NCBI GenBank assembly: GCA_964247055.1
Contig: OZ176052.1
Coordinates: forward strand, 11,966,001 to 12,030,000
Length of the DNA stretch: 64,000 nucleotides
Direction: 5' to 3'
DNA from: Paragordius varius
Lineage: Eukaryota > Animalia > Nematomorpha
The notes beneath the pieces are model-generated. The model saw nothing but the letters and a program-made list of their open reading frames with translations, made no database searches and was not told where the DNA came from. A program made the position numbers and the translations under genes. Positions 1 through 10,316 of this stretch are shown here, in pieces. Numbering within the stretch: the stretch's first letter is position 1; every line of letters begins with the position of its first letter.

Positions 1-2161
1 TACTAAAATACTCTGAATTCCCAACAGGAGTAAGAACACAACTGATTGAGTTAGTGTAGATTAACATAATTAACTTAATGGTATATTCATCTACGTTGTT
101 GTAGCGCAGTGATTCTATTATTAGTGCTCTAGGTACTGAGTCGTAAGCCTTTTCTAAATCGACAAAAAGGTGGAATAGTTTACGACCTTTTGCTCGGTAT
201 TTATCTTGTAATTGTCTGAGTAGGAAAATTGGATCGATTGTGCTTTTGCCCGCTGAAAAGGCGAATTGCATTGGATTAATTGATATGAGCTGGACGATAC
301 GATTTTTGAGGCACATTTCAAAAATTTTTAACCCATGTTCAAGAAGTTTTAAGGGCCTGTATGAGGAACAGGTTAGGATATCTCCTTTATTTTTGAAAAT
401 GGGAAATATAATGCTTTTTTCCCAGTCTTTGGGTATTTTCATTTCAACTATTATTTTGTTAAATAAATTTGTTAGAAGCATGGTTATATTGGGTATTAAT
501 TTAATGATATCAAAACATAGTTCACTAGGGCCCGAAGCCTTGTTTGATTTCATTTGGTCTAAAGCAATCTCAATTTCTTGTATTGTGAATGTATTTAATG
601 GGCCACAACAGGGATCTCGGTCAGAATTTATTATGGGTGTTAAAGGGTTGTTTAGATTTTGCTCCATATATTTTTGCCATATGGATTTAATTAATTCTGG
701 TTGTATTTGTAAATTATTATTATTATCTTTTATACATTTAATCGTTGGTATATCTTTTTTGTTATTATTGTAAAGTTTCATATGTTTAAAAATTTTATTA
801 TTTTGGATTTCCTTTTCCAATTTATCGGCAGTATCTTTAGCCTTTTCATTCATTAATTTATTTATTTCCTTTTGAACCTTTTTGTTGTATTTATAATACT
901 CAGTTTTGTCGTTTTCTGTTTTCGATTTCTTCCATTTTTTATACAAACGCGCCTTTTCTTTAAGTAATGGCTTAATTGCATCGTCCCACCACCATTTCTT
1001 TTGGGCTTTGCTCTTTCTTCTACCACACCATTTTTCTACATTTTCAATCGTATTGCTTCTTAGACTTTGCCAGGAGTCTTCAACGTCAAGATTATCAATA
1101 TTTAAGTTAAGCGACTTTTTGAAATTATTCATTATATCAGGTTTTTTAAACTTGTGTATATTAAGTTTAGGTTTGGTTCTATGATTGAAAGGCCTTGAGT
1201 TAAATTTGAAAATTGATGTTAAAACTTTATGCTGTGTTTCAGAGTTATAAGTGGTTGTATTTACCAGATATTTTCGAATGTGTTGGCTAGTTAGGATGTA
1301 GTCTATTGTTGTATTATTATTGCCAGAAGTGTATGTAATCAGTTTATTTTTGCTTGTGGTGAATAAAGTGTTTGCTAACTGTAGTCGCTGAGCTGCACAG
1401 AATTCTAAGACATTTTCTCCTTCTTTGTCCCGATTATCAAAGTTGTATCCTCCATGTATACCAGAAAAACCTTCGCTGCTTCCAACATGTGCATTTAAAT
1501 CTCCTCCAATCATTATACAGTCTGTTTCGGGTATATTGGAACATATTTGATAGAGCTGATCCCAAAAATCCAGCTTGCATTTATCGGGCAAGCCTTTTTG
1601 GGGTGCATATACGGAAATAACATTGAGGATCAATTTGTTGTATATCATTCTAGCTTGAATAATTCTATCACTGTGCCGGGTCACGGTAATTAGGTTTTGT
1701 CGGTGTGTTTCTTTCATCATTATAGCGACGCCAGATTGTCCTTTGTTCCCACCTTGGTATAGTAATGAATAACCATCAAAGTGTTTTATACCTGCATTTT
1801 TATATCGAGTTTCTTGTAAACAGCATATGTTTAAATCTAAGTTTCGCACCGTATCTATTACCAGCCATTGCTTATTAACCATTGTTCCAACATTCCAAGA
1901 GCCAATTTTAAATGGTTCCGATATAGATTTGAAGTTTTTATTTAGATTATTGTATCTTATTTTTATTTTTGGTTGTTCATTTGTACCTGGTTTATTTATT
2001 ATTGTTTTAGAATTATTTTTATTTCTATTATTTATGTAATTTGTATTTATAGGTATACTAGCATTATCATAATATATATTATCATTTATATTAAAATTAA
2101 AATTTCGTTTTGAAATAGAGGTTTTATTATCATCAATCATTTTTGTAAGTCGTTTCTTCAT
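1..2161 (-). CDS. Endonuclease/reverse transcriptase ORF of the RTE element (partial, 720 codons without a stop)
   Basis: Hand translation from ATG at 2161: MKKRLTKMID...IGSWNVGTM...CCLQETR...SVYAPQ...IGGDLNAHVG...TIDYIL...WWWDD...KASGPS...IFPIFKNKGD...YRPLKLL...QFAFSAGKSTID...FVDLEKAYDSVPR. Open through position 1. Missing from the ORF track, probably because it has no stop in the window. Confidence 0.93.
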   Translation of the reverse strand, partial: MKKRLTKMIDDNKTSISKRNFNFNINDNIYYDNASIPINTNYINNRNKNNSKTIINKPGTNEQPKIKIRYNNLNKNFKSISEPFKIGSWNVGTMVNKQWLVIDTVRNLDLNICCLQETRYKNAGIKHFDGYSLLYQGGNKGQSGVAIMMKETHRQNLITVTRHSDRIIQARMIYNKLILNVISVYAPQKGLPDKCKLDFWDQLYQICSNIPETDCIMIGGDLNAHVGSSEGFSGIHGGYNFDNRDKEGENVLEFCAAQRLQLANTLFTTSKNKLITYTSGNNNTTIDYILTSQHIRKYLVNTTTYNSETQHKVLTSIFKFNSRPFNHRTKPKLNIHKFKKPDIMNNFKKSLNLNIDNLDVEDSWQSLRSNTIENVEKWCGRRKSKAQKKWWWDDAIKPLLKEKARLYKKWKKSKTENDKTEYYKYNKKVQKEINKLMNEKAKDTADKLEKEIQNNKIFKHMKLYNNNKKDIPTIKCIKDNNNNLQIQPELIKSIWQKYMEQNLNNPLTPIINSDRDPCCGPLNTFTIQEIEIALDQMKSNKASGPSELCFDIIKLIPNITMLLTNLFNKIIVEMKIPKDWEKSIIFPIFKNKGDILTCSSYRPLKLLEHGLKIFEMCLKNRIVQLISINPMQFAFSAGKSTIDPIFLLRQLQDKYRAKGRKLFHLFVDLEKAYDSVPRALIIESLRYNNVDEYTIKLIMLIYTNSISCVLTPVGNSEYFS

Positions 2162-2298
2162 GGTTTTGTAATTTGAGGCAAGGTTTTACGGATTATATGC
2201 CCTTATAAACCAACCCCTTTAACTCAGAGGTGAGGGTACCTTATTCGCTGCACCAGGCTAGAGAATGTCTAAAAAGACTACGATTTTCTCAAAATCGA

Positions 2299-2375
2299 CC
2301 TCCTCCGTTGGCCTTACACATCGTGTAAGTTTCCGGACATCACCACGTGGAGGTGGAGGTAGGATTTTGATGTCC
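2299..2375 (-). ncRNA. HDV-like (nested double-pseudoknot) self-cleaving ribozyme
   Basis: Minus strand reads GGACAUC AAAAU CCUACCUCC ACC UCCACGU GGU GAUGUCC GG AAA CUUACAC GAU GUGUAAG GCCAAC GGAGGAGG. P1 GGACAUC/GAUGUCC (7 bp); P3 ACC/GGU; L3 UCCACGU; P1.1 CC/GG; P4 CUUACAC/GUGUAAG; J4/2 GCCAAC; P2 CCU(A)CCUCC/GGAGGAGG. Order and lengths match the HDV fold. Confidence 0.88.
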
Positions 2376-2380
2376 AACCC

Positions 2381-2772
2381 TAATAATTATATTAAAATAA
2401 TTTATATGATTTTCAAATTAATTTGGTAAAAATTATTGACTTACTTAAGGATTGAAAATTTAGACCATTTAAATCCAAATAACTTTTACATCCGATTGAT
2501 TTAAATGACTTACTACTATTTAAAAGATGCAGTTTTTTGCGCTCTTTCGAATGATATAAAATACATGGTTTCATATCTAAAACTTCTAATTTTCGAAATT
2601 TCGAGTTTAATGTTAAATTGGGGCAAAAAATTATCGATAAACTCTAATATAAAAAAATTCTTCAATGCTAAACCAATTTTCTTTTCAGATATACTAATTA
2701 TGTACTTTAATGAAATAAATTTTAAATTTACAAAAATGGCAGTTAAAAAAAGTTAAAATTTGTTGTCTAGTG
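2381..2772. mobile_element. Chapaev3-like DNA transposon end fragment (left boundary approximate, abuts the RTE 5' end)
   Basis: Ends AAAATTTGTTGTCTAGTG|TTA. This is the reverse complement of the terminus CACTAGACAACAAATTTT of the transposase-bearing element at 57362, which is also flanked by TTA. Confidence 0.6.
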
Positions 2773-2963
2773 TTATGAGGGCGCCAAAATATCAAGTTTG
2801 TGTGAAGGTGTCTAAACTTTTAACCATTATATCTTAAACAGTGCGACCTTATTTAAAATTCATAAAAGTGCTCGATGATCAAAATGCGCTATTAATTTAT
2901 ACGTGCTGTTTATTTAAAAAAACTTTTCATACTTCATATCGTTAATTCCTGATATGTTTGAAG

Positions 2964-3109
2964 GAAGAGGACGTAGGATATGAAAGTATTGATCCATCAT
3001 TATTGCGGTTACCTGCACCTGACCCTCCATCCGAACAACTTTTAGCGGCCGTTGACGCTTTTTACAGTCAGGCTAGTCATGAGGCCCCGAGAAATAGGTT
3101 AACTTTATA

Positions 3110-3142
<33 letters not shown>

Positions 3143-4840
3143 TTCATTAAAGATGGAATTACATATAATTGTTTTTAAAATTTAATATATGTCCTATTTT
3201 TTTATACTTGTAGCGAAGGGTGGGAACATTTAGGTTTATTCGAATTTTACAAAGTTAAAAATAAATACAAAAAGAATGTAAATGGTCATCAAAACTCTCA
3301 ACTAAACAAATCCTCCTCTGATGAAACATCCCAATCAGAATCTGAGGACCAAACGGATAAATTTGAAAAAGATGATAAAAACCCCCCAAAAGACGTTAAA
3401 CTTGAACCATGCGCGGAATCAAAAAAATTAAAAAACGCTGATGATGATATATCTAAACACTCTGAAATAAAGTCTTCTGTTAAGAAAGGTGACCCCAATA
3501 CTAACGCTAAAACAGATCATCCCAAAGTTAGAGTTTTTCGTGAGGAAAGCGAATCCGATTCTGATTCAAATGACAATTGCAATGAGAGACACCGTAGAAG
3601 ACGATCAACCCCAGATAGAAAGTAATATTTATCTATCTAACTCTAACCCATGTATAGATTTTCAAGTTTATTTTTACATATTTTTTTTAATTTTAATTCA
3701 ATTTTTAGATAATTATCCAAGAGATATAAATCATCTCAAAGAATGATACATTTAATTTGATCATACATACATGTAAAAAATTATTTTAACAAACATATAA
3801 TGCATTAAGTATAATATTTTTGTTTCTTTTTTGAAAGTGTTAAGCCTCTATGTACTATATGCAACTTATTAATAAAATTTCATTTTGATATTTGCGATAT
3901 TGCTATGATTAAAGAATAACACGTTGCAGTAAATTTTTATATTTGGTTGTCAATTATATAAATTTAACAATAATTAAATTTATTATGCATCTTCACAATA
4001 AGTAGTTCAAAAGTATTGATTATCTCTCAGTGTACAAAATTTTTATATCTGTATTTAAAAACATGTAAACTCTAAAACCAATATATATATATATATATAT
4101 ATATATAATAATTTTATATTATATTTATATTTCATAATTTTACAGAAAACGGAGCCGATCAAAAAGTCCCCCTCGCCGACGGAGATCAAGAAGTGGAGAT
4201 CGAATCAGGGATTTTCCAGACGATCGTCGGGATTTTGACACTATTCATTTTGCGTAAATAATTTTATATTTTTGAATAACTCAACTCTATATATATGGAA
4301 CCAAACTTTAATGCTAATTTTACCTTAATTGTAATTGTCAGATTGCATAAATAAATTTTTTAGACACCTACTCTAATAATATTATTCTTTATTGATGTGG
4401 CAATATTAAGGAAATAGTTAACAATGTATATTTATTCACACCATATATTTACCAATGAGAATAATTTTTTGAACTTTTTCAATTTTAAACATATTATATT
4501 TTTTATATATTATTTAGGGATGAAAGACCCAAGGATGTTGCAGAACAACAAAGGCTGGATGAAGAAAATAAGGGCCACCAATTGTTAAAGAAAATGGGTT
4601 TTTACATTTTGTTATTTTATTTTTCCAAATTATAATAGTTTTGATTTTATTTTTTTATACGTAGGATGGAAAGGAGATGGACTAGGTCTCAATGAACAAG
4701 GGATGAAAGACCCAATTTCGGGAGGGGAAGTTCGAGATAAATCCAATCTTTACCGAGGTATAGGGAACGAAAAACAAAAAGAAATGGAAGCTTTTGAAGA
4801 TTACCGTAAAATGCGTTGTAAACTCATGTACAATCGATAA
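2964..4840 (+). CDS. CHERP: Calcium homeostasis ER protein / U2-associated splicing factor, 3' exons only: 2964-3097, 3214-3621, 4146-4253, 4518-4597, 4665-4840
   Basis: Spliced translation EEDVGYESIDPSLLRLPAPDPPSEQLLAAVDAFYSQASHEAPRNSEGWEHLGLFEFYK...KRSRSKSPPRRRRSRS...RLDEENKGHQLLKKMGWKGDGLGLNEQGMKDPISGGEVRDK matches recalled CHERP motifs (PPSERLLAAVEAFYSPPSHDRPRNSEGWE and the C-terminal G-patch). All introns are GT-AG and in phase. Upstream exons were not found in the window. Confidence 0.9.
3115..3142. repeat. (AT)n microsatellite in CHERP intron; similar tracts at 4081-4106, ~25680-25700, 38881-38910, ~44512-44533
   Basis: Perfect AT dinucleotide runs read directly. Confidence 0.95.
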
Positions 4841-5116
4841 ATTTGCTATAGTTTAATATGTTCATTGCCTATAAATAAGAAATAAATATATGTTTTATGG
4901 ATGTATATATTTATACAAACAATTATAAAAATATATACGTCTTTGAATGATATATATAATACTTAGCATTCCAAATAAATGGAAAGTTTAAAATTATTGT
5001 ATGAATTTTTTTATGTGAAAACTATTCTGAATGTTCTGCTAAATTAGGTCACAAAATGACCGACATAAAATAATTTATGGCGAAAACGAAATTAGGCCAA
5101 ATTGTTTTTTACAAGG

Positions 5117-5123
5117 TATAAAA
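5117..5123 (+). promoter_or_regulatory. Candidate TATA box of the collagen gene
   Basis: TATAAAA 35 nt upstream of the ATG at 5152, with an Inr-like TTAGT just before the ATG. AT-rich context lowers specificity. Confidence 0.45.
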
Positions 5124-5151
5124 GTAGAGCATTGTGTTACAACATTTAGTT

Positions 5152-8100
5152 ATGGATTCAAACGAAAAATTGACTAAATTTTTTGCAACATGTTGTCTAG
5201 CTGTTGTATTTATGAGTTGTTTTGTGGCTTTACCCCTCATGTATATCCAATTGTATCGAGTTAAAACAGAACAAAAGGAAGTAATTGGACAAATGTTAAA
5301 CACCTTGATAGAAGGCAAAGAGACAGTTAAAATTTTGGAGATGGAGTACGATCGTTTAAAGGTATAATGTTTTTATGTATTCTAAAGAAAAAGGCAGACT
5401 TGAGGAAGGCTAAACGATTAGCCCAATTAAAGCATAAAAATGGGAATGAGATGCCATCCAACAATAAAAAGAAACGGTCAATTGGTACACAAGATTATAT
5501 GATGAATCAACCTGTTATGCCTCCTTCATTAGATATTTCAATCATGGGAGATGAACCTATAATGCCTACAGCTCCGGAATATCATAAATCTGACATGATG
5601 TCACCAGATGATCATAGTCAACTAGTTGCTCATTACAAATCACCAATCAAAAATTCACCAAAATCTACTGGCGAAATTAGACCAAAAAGAACTTATTATC
5701 AAACATCAGGAGATGAACATGGTACTTCTGAAATTGAAGCTGGTAGAGATGACCATCGGTTCAGCCAACTTCTTGAGGAATTGGCCAAAACTGGGGGAGT
5801 GGTTGAAATCGGTATATATAAAATGACAGCTTGTGTTCTCTTTAATTTTTTATAAAAATAATTAATGTACATTTTTTTTTATTTTAAGATAATTTTTCAT
5901 ATAAATAGTATTTAAAGCTCTCTATTATTTTCATTAAATTAAAATTTGTTAAACATTATAGCAATTATGAATTTTTATTTTTATTAAAAAATCATTAATT
6001 TAAGTAGATTATATTTAAACAAAAATATGCATATACTATAGATTGTGGGTGTCCTAATGGTAACCCTGGCAAGCCAGGTCCACCTGGTCCATCTGGAAAG
6101 CCAGGCATACCAGGAATTCAGGGTGTAGATGGTACAGTAGGGAGACCAGGCTCTGATGGACAGCCAGGACCACCTGGGTCTGATGGAAAAATAGTGAGAA
6201 ATATAAATTAATGTTTAAATAATACCAAATAGTATATCATTATAATGAAACCTTTTGCAAAAAAATAATAGGGCTCACCAGGTCTCCCAGGCCGCAATGG
6301 AAATGACGGACGCGATGGACAACCTGGCCAACCCGGTAGGCCTGGGGTAGATGGAATTCCCGGACGCGACGGGCATCCTGGTCGAGATGGCCAAAATGTT
6401 ACCATTTTTTTTAATTATGAAAGGGTTTACCAGGCAAAGATGGAGAACCAGGAAGAGATGGTGATCCCGGTGTTTCTGGTGAACCTGGCAAAGATGGTTT
6501 AGATGGGAAACCGGGTAAAACAGGTAAAGATGGTGCATTGGGGCCCAAAGGTCCCAAGGGATCTAAAGGTATAGATGGAAGACCCGGACCTCAGGGAAGA
6601 GATGGCCTTCCCGGAAAAGATGGTGTAAACGGTAAAAAAGGGAGAGATGGAAAAAATGGTGTGGATAATCAATCTCCGGGTCCTGAAGGTGATGGTGGAA
6701 CACCAGGTCGTGATGGAAGTCCTGGAATAAACGGGATTGATGGTAAACCTGGAACTGATGGTATTCCTGGACGAGATGGAATTCCGGGCCGCAATGGAAA
6801 GGATGGGTTACCAGGAAATCCTGGTAATGATGCAGATCCAGGTAAGGATGGAAATCCAGGATCACCCGGAAAAGACGGGCGTCCTGGCAATCCAGGCAAT
6901 GACGGTAAACCTGGGAGATTTGGAAACAGAGTAATTTTTCAAATATTATATAAAGGGTCATATTGGAGAACCCGGAATACCAGGAAAAGATGGCAACCCC
7001 GGCATACCTGGAAGGGATGGACTGCCTGGAGCTGATGGAAAAACTGGCAACGATGGTAGAGCAGGGGAGGATGGATTACCAGTAATTTTTATTTAATAGA
7101 TAGGGACATGATGGAGATCCTGGAAGAGATGGAAGGGACGGAAAACCCGGAGATCGAGGCAGAAACGGTTTACCTGGAATCGATGGAAAACCAGGACCAG
7201 ATGGACGACCTGGTGCTCCGGGTCCCTCCGGTCCTAAGGGTCTAAAAGGTTCTCCGGGTCTTTCTGGGTCAGAAGGTATCTCTGGTCAGCCCGGAATAGA
7301 TGGACCGCCAGGACCTGCTGGGCAAATAGGACCGCCCGGATCATTACCTGGGAATCCTGGTAGACCTGGAAGTGATGGAAGACCAGGCAGTCCTGGAATC
7401 CCAGGATCCCCTGGTATCAGAGGCAATGGAGGAAAACCTGGAATTACAGGAAAAACTGGAGAAAAGGGAGATAATGGTTCCCCAGGTAGAGATGGGGAGT
7501 CTGGTCTGCCAGGCCTTCCCGGCAAAGATGGGGTTCCGGGCCCAAACGGTCCTCCAGGAAAGTGTTTGAATGAATGTCAAAATGATAATAGAAAAATAAG
7601 TTAGCAAAGACATAATTTTAGGTGTTTGTGGTGGTTCATTATTTGTGCATTGGGGTAAAAAGACTTGTAGTGAAGACGTTGTTGGTGTTAAAACCAATGA
7701 ATTAATTTATACTGGATATGTTGCTGGAGGGCACTATGCAGATTCATATCCAGGCGGTGGCCATAATTATTTGTGTTTACCGGAAAATCCAACCTTTGAT
7801 AAGTATATAATTCTTAAAAATATTCAGTTTTGTTGATGGTTTTTCCACTGGGACAAATGGTGAAGGGGCATCTAAACTATACGGTTCAGAATACAGGGTG
7901 TACGATGATGCCAGTCCATTTCTGGTTTATCAAGGATCTTTAAAACAAAAGCAAGCAGTATGTTCAGTTTGTTATTCGCCTAATGTTTGTCACTATATAA
8001 CACTACCCGGATTTACGGAATGTCCCTCAGGTTCACGCATTATATATAATGTTAGGATTTGTTAAAGAGTATCAGGGTTATCTTATGGCATTGAATAATA

Positions 8101-8276
8101 AATATTGTCGGTCTCAGTATATTTGCGTGGACCAATCACCAGATTACCATACTGAAGGTGACAGCACTGGAGATGGAAGCGCTCTTTATGTCGTTGAAGC
8201 CAAATGTGGAGCATTACCTTGCAACAGTTATGCCGATGGTTCAGAAATATCTTGCGTTGTTTGTGCAAAAATATAG
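5152..8276 (+). CDS. Collagen, 881 aa, 10 exons (5152-5361, 5388-5811, 6042-6193, 6272-6397, 6424-6930, 6956-7081, 7104-7599, 7622-7802, 7828-8030, 8056-8276): TM/cuticle-collagen-like N-terminus, ~150 Gly-X-Y triplets, short-chain collagen C4-type C-domain
   Basis: Exons sum to 2646 nt and the Gly-X-Y register is kept across every junction. N-terminal hydrophobic segment [22 protein letters not shown]; dibasic sites KKKR and RPKR; DCGC before the helix. C-domain [13 protein letters not shown]...[10 protein letters not shown]...[13 protein letters not shown]...LYGSEY...CSVC...[15 protein letters not shown]...YICVD...[13 protein letters not shown]...ISCVVCAK. Confidence 0.92.
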
Positions 8277-8782
8277 ACAATCATGAATTTTTGCGATTTT
8301 ATTTTTTATTATAATTTTTAACTAATTTAATTTTGAATAAAAATTATTTTATATAATGTATTTTTATGTTTTGAATTTTTTCTAGTTGTCCCTTTTAAAA
8401 TATTTAAATGTATAAACATTAACGAATTATATAAATGTCAACAAATTTATTAATTTAATTTAGTCTAGTAAATAAATTTTTTCATTATGCTAAAAAATGA
8501 TATTTGGTTTTCTATATTAATTTGATTTGACACACATAATTGGAATATCGCTCATGTCTCCGCATATTATAATAAAATTCAATTTTTCTATATCTGAGTT
8601 TTGCATTTTTTGAATGGCTGGGTGGATAAAAATATGTTGATATTAATAATTTTGAAACAACGTTTAAGCATTATTTTAATGTTTTTTTCCATTAATTGAT
8701 TGTATATTGAACAGTACTTGAAAATTATGTCAAGAAGTCTCTATGTTATAAATTTGTAGGCATATTTTTTCCCCTTATATAC

Positions 8783-9370
8783 TTAACACTTCGATTCAAT
8801 TTGGGGTATCTAAACACCCCAGACCAAATTAAAAATTAAAATTAAAAAAACTACTGAAGGAAACGGTCCTAATTTAAATTTATGCTTCTATCCCAATAAA
8901 AAATATATAAATAAGCTAAAATATCTTAATAAAATTTCGTTTTGAAAAAAAAGCTCCATGTCAAACTACTTCGACGCCATTTTGATTTTACAAAATTTTT
9001 GCAAAATTCGTCTTCATTTAATTTTAAGTGTAAAAATAAAGCTAATTTTTTATTTAAATTACATTTAACATTGATAGAAATAGAAAATGCGGTTTATTTA
9101 GTTTTATTTTTCAATTTAACCATTGCACACATGTCACGTTGACTAAATTTTTACCTTTCGGTTTCAGCAGAAAATAAGTAATATTGAGTATTTTTGAATA
9201 AATTTTTTTATATATTTCGGTTTATTAATGTTATATAAGTGCAAAATTTTGCCATGGTTTTAATTCCTTCCATATTTTTTAAAAAATTTAATTTTAAACA
9301 GGCCTGGGGTATTTAACTACCCCAATTTGAATCGAAGGACTAAAATGAATGTGTTGTATCCAAGTGTTAA
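8783..9370 (+). mobile_element. piggyBac-type MITE (family copy 1)
   Basis: TTAA-CACTTCGATTCAATTTGGGG ... CCCCAATTTGAATCGAAG-spacer-AAGTG-TTAA: TTAA target duplication and asymmetric subterminal inverted repeats; no coding capacity. Confidence 0.85.
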
Positions 9371-9789
9371 AGGTAAGAGTGGAAATACACGTTAGGTTTA
9401 AAGTGTAGAAAAAGCTTATATATTTTAATATCATCGTGCGGCCTGTATATATTTTTATACGGTCTCCCAATTTTTTAGCTGAGATTCCTGGGCATGTCCT
9501 ATAAAAAATACATTTATATGCATATTTAACTCAAATTAATAATTATAAAGGCGAAATACCGATATTAGGCTAGATCTTATCACTTCATGGCTTTTTCAAT
9601 TATCCCGATGACGTTTGTAGTTTTCTACATCAGAACCTCAAGTAATAGGCAATCTATTGTTTTGATTGGTGTTAATATAAATAAACTTTTTAGCATATTA
9701 TATCATATATTTAATATAATGTAATATTTCTACCTCTTTAACTTCAAATTTGTATTTTTTTTTCTAAAATACAAATTAATTATCTTATA

Positions 9790-10316
9790 TTAACACTTGG
9801 ATACAACACACTCATTTTAGTCCTTCGATTCAAATTAGGGTAGTTGGATAGCCCAGGCCTGTTTAAAATCAAATATTTTAAAAAGTATGGAAGGAATCGA
9901 AACCATGGCAAAATATTGCACTTATATAACATTAATAAACCGAAATATATAAAAAATTTTATTCAAAAATATTTGATATTACATATTTTAAGCTAAAACC
10001 GAGATGTAAAAATTTCGTCAACGTGACATGTGTCAAATGGTAAAATTAAAAAATAATACAAAATAAACCGCTTTTTCTATTTCTATCTATATTAAATGTA
10101 ATTTATATTAAAATTAGCCCAAGTTTTACCCTTAAAATTAAATGAAGACAATATTTTGCGAAAAGTTTGTAAAATAAAAATGGCGTCGAAGTAGTTTGAG
10201 ATGGAACTTTTTTTTCAAAACAAAAATTGGGATTGTTTCCTTCAGTAGTTTTTAAAAATCCTAATTTAAATTTAGTCTGGGGTATTAAAATACCCCAATT
10301 TGAATTGAAGTGTTAA
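9790..10316 (-). mobile_element. piggyBac-type MITE copy 2 (inverted); a further 5'-half copy starts at ~10416
   Basis: TTAACACTTGGATACAACAC... to ...TGAAGTGTTAA; internal sequence is the reverse complement of copy 1. Confidence 0.85.

Larger units (their letters stand above)
1..2375 (-). mobile_element. RTE-clade non-LTR retrotransposon, 5' end present, 3' part runs off the left edge of the window
   Basis: Minus-strand ORF with APE endonuclease plus RT motifs, preceded by a 214-nt leader that begins with an HDV-like ribozyme fold, an arrangement known for RTE elements. Confidence 0.9.

Noticed and set aside
240-2039. Plus-strand ORFs 240-773, 906-1184, 1372-1620, 1827-2039
   Set aside because: Antisense shadows of the RTE ORF; no recognisable motifs.
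3709-3746. Possible alternative terminal or poison exon in CHERP (TTTTTAG|ATAA gives an immediate stop)
   Set aside because: AG-preceded AT-rich stretches are common here; no support without RNA data, and the 4146 acceptor gives a coherent protein.
7564-7621. Alternative 58-nt intron instead of the 22-nt intron at 7600-7621
   Set aside because: Also frame-compatible, but its donor (GTTTGA) is weaker than GTTAGC and it removes the CLNEC motif; not fully excluded.
6208-7697. Pro-Gly and His/Leu-rich ORFs on the minus strand and in alternate frames
   Set aside because: By-products of Gly-X-Y codon periodicity in the collagen gene.
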